A stretch of DNA of 64,000 nt from Candidatus Nealsonbacteria bacterium. GTDB taxonomy: Bacteria > Patescibacteriota > Minisyncoccia > Minisyncoccales > PWPS01. The notes under the pieces are model-generated. The model did no database searches. It saw only the letters and a list, made by a program, of their open reading frames with translations, and was not told the DNA's origin. The position numbers and the translations under genes were made by a program. Shown here piece after piece: positions 8,384 through 17,748 of the stretch (position 1 is the first letter of the stretch; the number at the start of each line of letters is the position of its first letter). Location of the stretch: NCBI GenBank assembly GCA_003551425.1, contig PUMP01000059.1:1-64000 (forward strand), read 5' to 3'.

Positions 8384-9067
8384 ATGACCGTAAAGCTGTT
8401 ATGCCTCCTTTTGATCTTATTTCCTCTTTTTGCCGATGCCATTATAATAACAAAAGTGCAGATTGAAGGAGAAAGAAGCGACGATTGCTATATAAAGCTT
8501 TATAATCCCCATGACGAAAAGAGGGCTCTGGAAGGTTATAACATAAGAAAGAAAACTTCTACCGGGACAGAAAGTTCCGTGCGCGTGATTCCTTCAGATA
8601 AGATTATAGAAAAAAACGGTTATCTTGTTTGGGCAAGCTCAAGAAATAAAGATTTCCCGGGTAAGGTAAATGCGGATATAGTATCAACTCAATACCTTTC
8701 CCGTAACAACAGTATCACCGTACTCGATAATGAAGGTCGCGTTTTAGATTCTTTGGGATGGGGAGACGGTAAAGACCAATACAAGAAAGGAGAGGTTTTT
8801 CCTCTAAATCCGGAAAAAGGCCAGGTGATAAAAAGAAAAGAAATAAACGGAGAATATCAAAACACGGGGAGTAATGCTGATGATTTTTATCTGTACCCGC
8901 CCCCGACATCCCCTTTAAAGATAAAAGAAGTTTATACGGAAGAAGAAGAGCCGGAAGAGAAAAGCGCTTTCTTGGTCGCTATCTCTTCTTCCGTTTTTCT
9001 CGGATTATTAATTTTATTTCTTAAAAAAATTGAAAAATGGCAGGGCACAGTCACTTCAAAAACATAA
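8384..9067 (+). CDS. Hypothetical secreted/membrane protein with a lamin-tail-domain-like (LTD) region
   Basis: A signal-like N-terminus is present. 'ITKVQIEGERSDDCYIKLYNPHDEKRALEGYNIRKK...YLVWAS' fits the LTD consensus (i.e.v..n....ve.iEl.N.....l.g..l). There is a C-terminal TM, and the ORF overlaps the yebC start by 31 nt. Confidence 0.35.
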   Translation: MTVKLLCLLLILFPLFADAIIITKVQIEGERSDDCYIKLYNPHDEKRALEGYNIRKKTSTGTESSVRVIPSDKIIEKNGYLVWASSRNKDFPGKVNADIVSTQYLSRNNSITVLDNEGRVLDSLGWGDGKDQYKKGEVFPLNPEKGQVIKRKEINGEYQNTGSNADDFYLYPPPTSPLKIKEVYTEEEEPEEKSAFLVAISSSVFLGLLILFLKKIEKWQGTVTSKT

Positions 9068-9726
9068 AAAGAAAAAAGGAAGCCGAAGATCAAAGAAAGG
9101 CAGCTGTTTTTTCCAAGATGTCTCGTCTTTTAATCTCTGCTGCTCGCGAAAAAGGAGAAGATCCTAACTCCAATCCTGCTCTTCGGCTGGCTATTGAAAA
9201 AGCAAAAGAAGCAGACATGCCGAAAGAGAGGATTAACCGGGCGATAGCGAGAGGAGTAGGAAAGGGAGAAGAGGGAAGGCTGGAGCCTTTTCTTTTCGAA
9301 GCTTACGGTCCCGAAAGCACCGCTTTTCTGATTCAAGGATCAACCGATAATAAGAACCGTGACTTAAGCGTAATAAAAGAGACTTTAAAAAGGCACGGCG
9401 GGAAGCTTGCAGATCCCGGATCCGTAAAGTGGCTTTTTGTTTCGCAAGGAATTATTGAGGTGGAGAATAAGGAGTTTATTATAACAAAAGCAATAGATTA
9501 CGGCGTGGAAGAGATAGAAGAGAAAGAAGATTCTTTCTTGATTTATATTGCTCCCGAAGAGGCGGAAAGCGTAAAAAGCGCTTTAGAGGGAGATGTGTTG
9601 TCTTTTACTCTGGGATGGAGGGCAAAAAACAAGATCGGTTCTATGGGTAAGAGAGACAAAGATCTTCTTTACGATTTAGAAAACATACAAGCGGTTGAAG
9701 GAGTTTATTCAAACGCAAAAATATGA
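9037..9726 (+). CDS. yebC: YebC/PmpR-family transcriptional regulator
   Basis: 'MAGHSHFKNIKRKK' followed by 'ARGVGKGEEG'. It sits in the ruvB-yebC-ruvC cluster. Confidence 0.9.
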   Translation: MAGHSHFKNIKRKKEAEDQRKAAVFSKMSRLLISAAREKGEDPNSNPALRLAIEKAKEADMPKERINRAIARGVGKGEEGRLEPFLFEAYGPESTAFLIQGSTDNKNRDLSVIKETLKRHGGKLADPGSVKWLFVSQGIIEVENKEFIITKAIDYGVEEIEEKEDSFLIYIAPEEAESVKSALEGDVLSFTLGWRAKNKIGSMGKRDKDLLYDLENIQAVEGVYSNAKI

Positions 9727-10202
9727 TCTCTATAGGAATAGACCCGGGCATCGCCACTACCGGATACGGGGTAGTGGAGCATAAAGAAAATAATTTCATA
9801 TGCCTTGAGTATGGGATTATTGAAACGGAAAAGAGCATCTCCATGCCACAAAGATTAAGCTTACTAAACGAAAAGCTTTCTTTTATAATCAAAAAATACA
9901 ATCCCCATATAATTGGGATTGAAAACGTCTACTTCTTTAAAAACCTTAAAACCGCAATGCCGGTAAGCCAAGCAAAAGGAGTAATCATGATGACCGCAGA
10001 GAAAGAAGGTATCCCGATAGAAGAGTTTACTCCCCCTGAAATAAAGGTAGCCGTTACCGGTTACGGCCAGGCAAACAAAGAACAAGTAAAAAAAATGATT
10101 CAACTTCTTTTAAATTTAAAAGAAAAACCGCATCATGATGATGCGGCGGATGCTTTGGGAGCATCTATCTGCGCAATAAACAAAGCTATGTCACTTCTTT
10201 AA
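9723..10202 (+). CDS. ruvC: Crossover junction endodeoxyribonuclease RuvC
   Basis: 'MISIGIDPGIATTGYGVV' and the catalytic acidic residues 'IGIENVYF' and 'HHDDAADALG'. Confidence 0.9.
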   Translation: MISIGIDPGIATTGYGVVEHKENNFICLEYGIIETEKSISMPQRLSLLNEKLSFIIKKYNPHIIGIENVYFFKNLKTAMPVSQAKGVIMMTAEKEGIPIEEFTPPEIKVAVTGYGQANKEQVKKMIQLLLNLKEKPHHDDAADALGASICAINKAMSLL

Positions 10203-11367
10203 ATCTTCTCTTTCCCACTTTTACTATCATCCCCTTCTTTACGCTTATTTTAGCGTGAGGCTCTTTAATTATGTTTTGATCTATCTTTACTCCTCCCTGG
10301 ACTATAAGCCTCTTTGCCTCTGCCCGAGAAGAAACCATTCCACAAGACTCCAAGAGATCAATAATGCCCATTTCTCCCTCTTCTAATTTAACTTTTTCTA
10401 CATCTTCCGGGCTTTCCTTTTTTCGAAAAACACGTTCAAAATATTCTCCGGCCTCCTCGGCCGTTTTCTTTCCGTAATAAAGAGCTACTATACGAAAAGC
10501 AAGATCGGCTTTGGCGTCTCTCGGACTAAGCCTTTCAGCGGCAATGTCTTCTTTTATCTTTTGGAGCTCTTCATAAGAAGCGAAAGCACAAAACTCAAAG
10601 TAATCAAGAATTAAATCATCGTGTATGGACATTATCTTTCCATACATCTCTTTGGGTTCATCGTTGATGTTTACTACATTTCCCCAGCTGGTAGACATCT
10701 CTCTCCCGTCAAGACCATAAAGCATCTTGGACGTTATAATGTTTTGCGGTTTCTGTTTATAAAATCTTTGAATCTTTCTGCCGGCCTTTAAGTTAAAGAG
10801 TTGGTCAAAGCCACCTATCTCTACATCTGCATTAATCGCCACAGAGTCATATCCTTGGAGGAGAGGATATAAAAGCTCATGGAGGCCGATCGGCTTCTCT
10901 TGGTCCCATCTTTCTTTAAAATTGCGTCGCTGAATCATTTGCTGGGCGGTAAACTCCATCGCCAAAGGGATGAGTTTCCTTAAATCAAAGCCATTGAACC
11001 ATTCACTGTTATACCTAATTTCAACTTTCTCTATGTCCAATATCTTACTGATCTGCTCTTTGTAGTCTTTCATATTCTTGCTTATCTCTTCATCGGTAAG
11101 GTTGCTTCTCATCTCTTGCTTGTCGGAAGCATCGCCAATTTTAGCGGTAAAATCGCCTATTATAAAAACCACTTGATGTCCCAAATCTTGAAAGGCTTTT
11201 AATCGCCAAAACTGAGAGGCTCCTCCAAGATGAATATTGGTTCCTGTCGGGTCAAGGCCAAGCTTCACTCTCAACTTTTCTCCACTTTGAAGGGCTTCTT
11301 TTATCTCCTTTTCTCCTATTATATCTTCCGTTCCTCTTTCTAAGATATCTTTTATTTTTTCATTCAT
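10186..11367 (-). CDS. tyrS: Tyrosyl-tRNA synthetase
   Basis: A class I HIGH-like 'TGTNIHLGG' and KMSKS-like 'KMSTSWGN' are followed by a C-terminal S4 domain 'EAKRLIVQGGVKIDQNII'. Confidence 0.85.
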   Translation of the reverse strand: MNEKIKDILERGTEDIIGEKEIKEALQSGEKLRVKLGLDPTGTNIHLGGASQFWRLKAFQDLGHQVVFIIGDFTAKIGDASDKQEMRSNLTDEEISKNMKDYKEQISKILDIEKVEIRYNSEWFNGFDLRKLIPLAMEFTAQQMIQRRNFKERWDQEKPIGLHELLYPLLQGYDSVAINADVEIGGFDQLFNLKAGRKIQRFYKQKPQNIITSKMLYGLDGREMSTSWGNVVNINDEPKEMYGKIMSIHDDLILDYFEFCAFASYEELQKIKEDIAAERLSPRDAKADLAFRIVALYYGKKTAEEAGEYFERVFRKKESPEDVEKVKLEEGEMGIIDLLESCGMVSSRAEAKRLIVQGGVKIDQNIIKEPHAKISVKKGMIVKVGKRRFKEVT

Positions 11368-11430
11368 GCTTTCATTATACCAAAAAAATATTTATTTGAA
11401 AAATTACAATATTAAGTTAAAATTGTAAAG

Positions 11431-13293
11431 ATGACAAAAAGTAAAAAAGAAAAGCTACTTAATCTCCTTTATATATTCATAGCGGGCGTTCTTTGTATTG
11501 TTTTGATTGCACTACTGTTTTTTATTTATTTTGCACGTGACCTTCCACGCCCTGAAAGATTTATGGATCGCCCAACCGCCGAACCTACTCATATCTATGA
11601 CAGAACCGGAGATAACTTGTTATACACTATTCACGGGGAAGAAAGAAGGCAGACAGTAGAAATATCAGAAGTTTCCGATCATTTTGTCTCCGCCCTGCTT
11701 ACAGCAGAAGATTCCAACTTTTATAATCACCCCGGAATAGATTTTCAAGGCATTGTGCGCTCTGCAATAGTCAATTTGCAAACAGGAAGAACCGTTGCCG
11801 GAGGATCCACCATCTCTCAACAATTCGTACGTTCCGCTTTTCTTACCGCAGAGAGAACTTATATGCGAAAAATAAGAGAGATAATACTTACCTTAGAGCT
11901 TGAAAGAAGGTACTCCAAAGATCAGATTCTTGAATTTTATTTAAATCAAATTCCTTTTGGCCACAACGCATACGGAATTGAATCGGCGGCCCAAACTTAT
12001 TTCAATAAAACAGCAAAAGAATTAACCGCTGCCGAGTCTGCGGCCTTGGTCTCATTAATTCCTTCTCCAAGCCATCTTTCTCCTTTTGGAGAAAACAAAG
12101 AGACGCTGCTGGCAAGAAAGGATCATCTCTTAAATAGGATGCATGATGCCGATTTTCTTACAAAAGAGGAGCTGGAGGAAGCAAAAGAAGAAGAGCTGCA
12201 GTTCTCACCTTTTTCTATTTATCTCCGAGCCCCACACTTTGTAATGGAGGTCAAAGACCAGCTAGAAAAAAAGTACGGAGCGGATTTTTTAAGAAATAAC
12301 GGTCTCCGGGTTTACACCACTATTGATTATGAAATGCAGCAAAAGGCGGAAAATATTATAAAAGAAAAGGCTCTAAATAATTACCAGTACAACGCTTACA
12401 ACTCTGCTCTAGTTGCTATCGACCATAATACGGGAGAGATTCTTGCCATGGTAGGATCAATGGACTACTATCGTGACCCCATCCCCGAGGGATGTGTCCC
12501 GGGAGCCACCTGCAGATTCTCCCCCTACACAAATGTTGCAATGAGTGAAAGGCAGCCCGGTTCCGCCTTTAAGCCATTTGTGTATGCTACCGCTTTTCAG
12601 AACGGCTATAGCGGGAGTACCACGGTAATAGATGAAAAAACAAACTTCGGCACGGAGAGCAATCCTTATGTTCCCCGAAATTACGACGGCCAGTTCCGGG
12701 GAGAAGTTACTCTCCGCCAATCTCTTGCCCAATCTCTTAATATACCATCGGTAAAAACACTTAAAGAGTTGGCCGGACTGGAAAGAAGCATAGAAGATGC
12801 AAGAATGTTCGGAATAGAATTGCCTCGTGATGCTCAATTCTATGGTCTTCCTTTAGTGTTGGGCGGAGGAGACGTGAAATTACTAGAGATAACTTCCGCC
12901 TACGGTGTCTTTGGCTCCGGAGGATATAGAAACTCTCCTGTTTTTATTTCCAGGATTAAAGATAACAGCGGCAATATAATTGAAGAAAAAGAGAAAACAT
13001 CCAGAAGAGTGCTTGAGTCTTCCGTAGCAGAGGAAATAACTGACATTTTATCTGATAATGACGCAAGAGCTCCTGTTTTTGGAGAAGATTCATTATTACA
13101 CTTTAAAGATCGTGAAGTAGCGGTTAAAACAGGTACTACTCAAAGTTTTCGTGATGGTTGGACGATAGGATATGATTCTTCTATTGTAGTCGGAGTTTGG
13201 ACCGGGAATAACGACAACACCCCCATGATTAACGCTCCGGGAATTTCGGTTTCCGCTCCTGCTTGGAGAGAGTTTATGGAAAGCACTTTCTAG
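11431..13293 (+). CDS. Bifunctional class A penicillin-binding protein (GT51 transglycosylase + transpeptidase)
   Basis: N-terminal TM; GT51 motifs 'EDSNFYNHPGID' and 'GGSTISQQFVR'; transpeptidase SxxK 'SAFKPF', 'SLN' and 'KTGT'. Confidence 0.85.
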   Translation: MTKSKKEKLLNLLYIFIAGVLCIVLIALLFFIYFARDLPRPERFMDRPTAEPTHIYDRTGDNLLYTIHGEERRQTVEISEVSDHFVSALLTAEDSNFYNHPGIDFQGIVRSAIVNLQTGRTVAGGSTISQQFVRSAFLTAERTYMRKIREIILTLELERRYSKDQILEFYLNQIPFGHNAYGIESAAQTYFNKTAKELTAAESAALVSLIPSPSHLSPFGENKETLLARKDHLLNRMHDADFLTKEELEEAKEEELQFSPFSIYLRAPHFVMEVKDQLEKKYGADFLRNNGLRVYTTIDYEMQQKAENIIKEKALNNYQYNAYNSALVAIDHNTGEILAMVGSMDYYRDPIPEGCVPGATCRFSPYTNVAMSERQPGSAFKPFVYATAFQNGYSGSTTVIDEKTNFGTESNPYVPRNYDGQFRGEVTLRQSLAQSLNIPSVKTLKELAGLERSIEDARMFGIELPRDAQFYGLPLVLGGGDVKLLEITSAYGVFGSGGYRNSPVFISRIKDNSGNIIEEKEKTSRRVLESSVAEEITDILSDNDARAPVFGEDSLLHFKDREVAVKTGTTQSFRDGWTIGYDSSIVVGVWTGNNDNTPMINAPGISVSAPAWREFMESTF

Positions 13294-14408
13294 CCTTTAA
13301 TAGGCATTACCACATAAAGAAAATCACTCTTTCCTACGGGCTTTAAAACACCGGGGCTAGACTCTCCGCTTATTTCAAATATAACTTCAGAGCTTTTTAT
13401 ATTTAAGAGTCCATCTAAAAGAAAACGATAATTAAAGGAGATATTTGTTTTCTCTCCCTCTGCTCTTCCTTTTATTTTTGCCTTATAATCACCAAGGTCG
13501 GTAGCTTGGCTTTTAATGGTTATCTCTTCTTTCTCCGTATCAACATCCAAATTGACCTCATTAACCTTTCCACTAAAAACACTTGCTGCTTTGATTTTAT
13601 TTAAGAATTCATCTTTATCTAATATTATTTGAGATTTAAACTCGGAAGGAATAATACTTTTATAATCAGGATATTCACCTTCAATTAATTTAGATGTAAG
13701 CTCAATATAGGGCTGCTCCGCCTCTCTCATATCAACTTTAAACAAGATTTGGTTATCGCCAAAAACAATCTCCATATCTTCATCCAGTTCTTTAAAGATA
13801 TTAACAACTTCTCTTGCTGTTTTTTGGGGAATAATAAAAGAGAGATTGTTCACTTTGTTTTGTATACCAATATTCTTCTCTGCTAACCTATAACTATCGG
13901 TAGCAACCATTTTTATTCCTTCTTTTGTAAAAATAAGCAGCACGCCCGATATCTCCGGCTTTACTTTGGAAAGAGAAGGAATGTCGATAATTTGCGATAA
14001 ACCCTCACAAAAGGATTTACCACTTAATACTACGGAATCTTTTTTTGTTATCTTAGGGATAATAGGATACTCTTTTGCATTAATCCCATTTATCTTTATA
14101 TTATAATCCTTACACTGAACGGAAAGAACACTTCCTTTTAAATTCATATCCACTCTCTCGTTTGGTAATAAATTAATAAAATTGGAAAAAACACCAAAAG
14201 GAACCGTAATCTCTCCTTTTTTCTCCACTTTAGCAAGAGTCCACCACTTTACTCCAATCTCTAAGTCGGTAGAAGAAAGTGATAAAAAATTATCTTCTCC
14301 TTTTATTAATATATTTTTTAAAATTGGAAGAGTTGTAGACTTAATGGACGCTCTACTTATAATATTTAATCCTTCTTTTAATTTGTTTTGTAATACTTTA
14401 ATATTCAT
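13290..14408 (-). CDS. dnaN: DNA polymerase III beta sliding clamp
   Basis: Typical DnaN N-terminus 'MNIKVLQNKLKEGLNIISRA...LPILKNILI'. Its ~370 aa length fits three clamp domains, and it lies downstream of dnaA. Confidence 0.9.
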   Translation of the reverse strand: MNIKVLQNKLKEGLNIISRASIKSTTLPILKNILIKGEDNFLSLSSTDLEIGVKWWTLAKVEKKGEITVPFGVFSNFINLLPNERVDMNLKGSVLSVQCKDYNIKINGINAKEYPIIPKITKKDSVVLSGKSFCEGLSQIIDIPSLSKVKPEISGVLLIFTKEGIKMVATDSYRLAEKNIGIQNKVNNLSFIIPQKTAREVVNIFKELDEDMEIVFGDNQILFKVDMREAEQPYIELTSKLIEGEYPDYKSIIPSEFKSQIILDKDEFLNKIKAASVFSGKVNEVNLDVDTEKEEITIKSQATDLGDYKAKIKGRAEGEKTNISFNYRFLLDGLLNIKSSEVIFEISGESSPGVLKPVGKSDFLYVVMPIKG

Positions 14409-14585
14409 ATTTTATAACTTATTATTAATATTAAATTTGTTAATAACTTATTTTTTGAACTTAAATAGCGTGGGGAATTGTTTGGGAAAAAATATTAAAA
14501 GAAGGGTTTAAAAGATAGGGGATAATTTAAAGAAAAAAATAACGGTTAATTATAAACACTTTTTTCAATAACTTTTCCACAACTT
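14409..14585. promoter_or_regulatory. AT-rich dnaA-dnaN intergenic region with DnaA-box-like 9-mers (candidate oriC segment / DUE)
   Basis: Very AT-rich. It contains 'ttttccacaac' (TTTTCCACA) and 'gataggggataat', which are DnaA-box-like. Confidence 0.4.
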
Positions 14586-15929
14586 TTACATAGAAGATAT
14601 TGTTTGCTTGATATATAATATCTCTTCTTTTAATTCCTCGTTATTTTTTATTTCTTCTATTATCTTTTTATAAGAATACATTACTGTGGTGTGGTCTTTA
14701 CCGCCTATCTTTTTCCCTATAAAAGGAAAAGAATAATTTAACTCATCTCTCATTAGATAGATAACAACTTGTCTTGGCTTTACAATCTCTTTCTTTCTAG
14801 AAGATCCCCTTACTTCTTTTTCATTTATATCATAAAAGTCACTTACCACTTTAATTATCTTTTGTGGTGAAAAAGAGATTGCCGATGATTGGATAATGTT
14901 CTTTAAAAGGCTTTTTGTCGTTTCAAGATTAATCTCTTTTTTGTTTATTTTTTGGTGAATAATTAATTTATTTAAAACACCTTCCAATTCTCTTATGTTT
15001 TTTTGTATATTTTCTACTATATAAGAGCAAGCGTCATCGGGGAGATTAAAGTCCTTTTCAAGTGCTTTTTTCTTAAGAATAGCGGCCCTTGTTTCGGTGT
15101 CCGGATAATCTATATCGGTAATCATTCCTCCTTCGAAGCGGGATCTTAATCTGTCGGTAAGAGCGTTAATGGATTTAGGCGGCCTGTCGGAAGAAAGTAT
15201 TATTTGTTTGTTCTTTTCGTATAATTCATTAAAGATATGAAAGAACTCTTCTTGTGTTTTTTCTTTTCCGGAAAGAAACTGAATATCATCAATAATGATT
15301 ACATCAATATCCTTGTATTGTTCTTTAAAAGAATCCATTTTTCCGTTTCTAATAGCGGAGACCACTTCGGAAATGAATTTTTGTGCTTGAATATACAGTA
15401 TATTCTTATCTTTAATTTTATTTCTTATCTCGTTTCCCGCGGCTTGTAAAAGGTGCGTTTTCCCAAGTCCTGTTTTCCCGTAGATAAAAAGAGGGTTATA
15501 GATATTTCCGGGGCTCTCTGATACGGCAAAACTGGCGGCTTGGGCAAGCTCATTAAAAGGACCAACAACAAAATTTTCAAATGTGTATTTCGGGTTTAAT
15601 CCCGTAACAGAATCTACGGAAAATTCTTGAAACTGCATCTGGTTAATAGCCTCTTTTTCTTCCTTTGGAGCCTCTTTCTTGATTGGTGCTCTTACAACAT
15701 AGTCAACTTCTTTTATGTTGGTATTTAACTCTCTTAATGTTTTTAGTATTGTCTTATTGAACTTACTTTCCAGCCACTCTTTGACAAAAGAATTGGGAAC
15801 GGCAATAGTTATCTTCGGGTTTTCCAGGGAGTAAATCTGAGTATTTTTAAACCATGTATTAAAGCTTGCTTCAGAGATATTTAATTGTACTTGAGCTAAA
15901 ACTGATTGCCAAAGCTTTTCTTTCTCCAT
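14586..15929 (-). CDS. dnaA: Chromosomal replication initiator DnaA. The start was moved to the internal Met 'MEKEKLWQSV'; the 42-aa upstream extension of the ORF is rejected.
   Basis: Typical N-terminal 'LWQSVLAQVQ..ISEASFNTWF'. AAA+ 'GKTGLGKTHLL', 'IIIDDIQF', a sensor region and the C-terminal DNA-binding helix-turn-helix 'TTVMYSYKKI'. Confidence 0.9.
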   Translation of the reverse strand: MEKEKLWQSVLAQVQLNISEASFNTWFKNTQIYSLENPKITIAVPNSFVKEWLESKFNKTILKTLRELNTNIKEVDYVVRAPIKKEAPKEEKEAINQMQFQEFSVDSVTGLNPKYTFENFVVGPFNELAQAASFAVSESPGNIYNPLFIYGKTGLGKTHLLQAAGNEIRNKIKDKNILYIQAQKFISEVVSAIRNGKMDSFKEQYKDIDVIIIDDIQFLSGKEKTQEEFFHIFNELYEKNKQIILSSDRPPKSINALTDRLRSRFEGGMITDIDYPDTETRAAILKKKALEKDFNLPDDACSYIVENIQKNIRELEGVLNKLIIHQKINKKEINLETTKSLLKNIIQSSAISFSPQKIIKVVSDFYDINEKEVRGSSRKKEIVKPRQVVIYLMRDELNYSFPFIGKKIGGKDHTTVMYSYKKIIEEIKNNEELKEEILYIKQTISSM

Positions 15930-16114
15930 AGTTGTTTTAAAAATTAAAGTAAATTCAACTGAATGGATTATAACATAATTAAAATAGTGTGGAAAACTCT
16001 TTTTATTTGTTAAAATCTTAATAAGTTGTGGAAAATGTGGGGATAAGTTAATCAACTGTTAAAATTGACTTTTTCTTTTGTTTAAAGTAAAATACAAAAG
16101 TAAAATCTTAAATT
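15930..16114. promoter_or_regulatory. Candidate oriC / dnaA promoter region carrying a cluster of DnaA boxes
   Basis: Between the dnaA start and rpmH there is 'tgtggaaaa' twice plus 'tgtggggataa' (TTATCCCCACA on the other strand). It lies in the conserved rpmH-dnaA position. Confidence 0.5.
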
Positions 16115-16249
16115 ATGTCATTTTTCAACAACCCTAAAAACAGAAAAAGGAAGAGAGCACACGGCTTTCTCAGTAGAATTAAGTCAAGGACCGGAAAAGC
16201 CGTTGTTAAAAGAAGAATAAGAAAGAGGAGAAACAGTATAACTGTTTAA
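16115..16249 (+). CDS. rpmH: 50S ribosomal protein L34 (44 aa, below the ORF-track length cutoff)
   Basis: The translation MSFFNNPKNRKRKRAHGFLSRIKSRTGKAVVKRRIRKRRNSITV matches the bL34 consensus. It is immediately upstream of rnpA. Confidence 0.85.
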   Translation: MSFFNNPKNRKRKRAHGFLSRIKSRTGKAVVKRRIRKRRNSITV

Positions 16250-16252
16250 TTA

Positions 16253-16600
16253 ATGCTTCCTTTTAAATATAGAATAAAGAAAAAGAAAGAGTTTGATGAT
16301 GTCTTTAGAAGCGGAAAAAGGATTGAAAACCATTTTTATTTAATAAAGATAAAAAAGAATGGCCTGGCCTTCTCCCGCTTTGCTTTTGTTGTTCCTTTAA
16401 GGCTTTCCAAAAAAGCGACAAAAAGGAATAAAATAAAAAGAAGACTGAGAGAGGCTGTGCGCAGCGTTTTCTATCAAATCGAAAAAGGATTTGATATTAT
16501 TTTTATCAGCAAAGAGAGAGTAAAAGAAAGCGAGTACAGGGAGATAAAAGAAGGAATTATAGATGTTTTAAAAAAGGCGGAGATTATAAGAAGCCAATAA
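16253..16600 (+). CDS. rnpA: Ribonuclease P protein component
   Basis: Basic ~115 aa protein with 'RLSKKATKRNKIKRRLRE' (RnpA RNR-like motif), in the canonical position after rpmH. Confidence 0.85.
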   Translation: MLPFKYRIKKKKEFDDVFRSGKRIENHFYLIKIKKNGLAFSRFAFVVPLRLSKKATKRNKIKRRLREAVRSVFYQIEKGFDIIFISKERVKESEYREIKEGIIDVLKKAEIIRSQ

Positions 16601-16601
16601 T

Positions 16602-17309
16602 ATGATAGGAGATTTTTTTTACATTTTAATATACCAGCCTCTCTTTAACTTGCTTATCTTTTTTTATAACGCAGTTCCCTTTGCCGACCTTGGAATAGCC
16701 GTTATTTTAGTGACGGTTCTTATCAAGGGCGTACTTTACCCTCTCGGGCTTAAGGCGGCAAGGTCACAAAAAGACATACAAAAGCTCCAACCGACCATAA
16801 AAGAGATACAAGAGAAATATAAAGACGACAAAGAAACGCAAGCAAAGAAGATAATGGAGGCCTATAAGAACGCCAAGGTTAGTCCTTTTTCCGGCATCTT
16901 TCCTCTTTTTATTCAGCTCCCCATCCTTATCTCTTTATTTCAGATCTTTAGAAGAGGGCTGGGGGAGGAAGAGATGGCACATCTTTATGATTTTCTTTCT
17001 GTCCCGGAGAGCATCAATGCTACTTTTTTGGGGATTGTAGATTTATCTTCTTCTAATATTGTTATTGCCGTTCTGGCGGGGGCGGGACAGTATCTTCAAA
17101 TGAAAATGACGATGGACAATAAAAAAGACGAGGGAGGAAGCAAGGATATGGCAAAGATGATGCAGTCGCACATGATTCTCTTTCTCCCCGGATTCACTTT
17201 TATAATACTTTTAAGCCTTCCCTCGGCGGTTGGTCTTTACTGGCTTATAACCATAATCTTCTCTGTATTACAGCAATATACAGTAAAGAAGGATGAAAAA
17301 CATGCATAA
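16602..17309 (+). CDS. yidC: Membrane protein insertase YidC (short Oxa1-like form)
   Basis: Five TM segments. The conserved C-terminal 'LPSAVGLYWLITIIFSVLQQY' and its position after rnpA support the call. Confidence 0.85.
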   Translation: MIGDFFYILIYQPLFNLLIFFYNAVPFADLGIAVILVTVLIKGVLYPLGLKAARSQKDIQKLQPTIKEIQEKYKDDKETQAKKIMEAYKNAKVSPFSGIFPLFIQLPILISLFQIFRRGLGEEEMAHLYDFLSVPESINATFLGIVDLSSSNIVIAVLAGAGQYLQMKMTMDNKKDEGGSKDMAKMMQSHMILFLPGFTFIILLSLPSAVGLYWLITIIFSVLQQYTVKKDEKHA

Positions 17310-17748
17310 AGAAGAAATGAAAAAGATTATTTTTGAGTTCTTCCGTCTCATTGATCCCGATATAAGGGTGGATTTTCCTGCTTCTGAAGAGAATACGATT
17401 AATGTCTGTGTAAAAATAAAAGATCCCGAGTCTTTGATAGGAGAAAAAGGAAGAACCCTGGTTGAGACGGAGAGATTATTCAAGATTATAGCAAGAAAGA
17501 AGAGCAAGGACCCTCTTTTTGTAAACCTTGATATTAACGATTATAAGAAGAGAAAAGGAGACCAATTAAAAGAGCTTGCAAACAGTACGGCAGACGAAGT
17601 CTCTCTTACCGGGATAGGAAAAAAATTTCCTCCCATGTCTGCTTACGAAAGGAGGATTATTCATATGGCGCTTGCGGAGAGAGAAGACGTGCTAACAGAG
17701 AGCGTAGATGAAGGTTCTCAGAGAAGAGTTGTTATCAAAAAGAGCTAG
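17293..17748 (+). CDS. Jag/KhpB-like RNA-binding protein (KH + R3H domains)
   Basis: R3H motif 'YERRIIHMALAEREDVLTESVDEGSQRRVVI'. It follows yidC as in the rnpA-yidC-jag operon. Confidence 0.75.
   Translation: MKNMHKEEMKKIIFEFFRLIDPDIRVDFPASEENTINVCVKIKDPESLIGEKGRTLVETERLFKIIARKKSKDPLFVNLDINDYKKRKGDQLKELANSTADEVSLTGIGKKFPPMSAYERRIIHMALAEREDVLTESVDEGSQRRVVIKKS

Noticed and set aside
12457-12837. 126-aa minus-strand ORF inside the PBP1A gene
   Set aside because: It is antisense to a well-supported transpeptidase domain (SxxK region) and has no RBS or motifs.
15930-16055. 42-aa N-terminal extension of the dnaA ORF (MINLSPHFPQ...)
   Set aside because: The DnaA consensus N-terminus begins at the internal Met (MEKEKLWQSV...). 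The extension runs into the AT-rich DnaA-box region and would destroy the promoter/origin.
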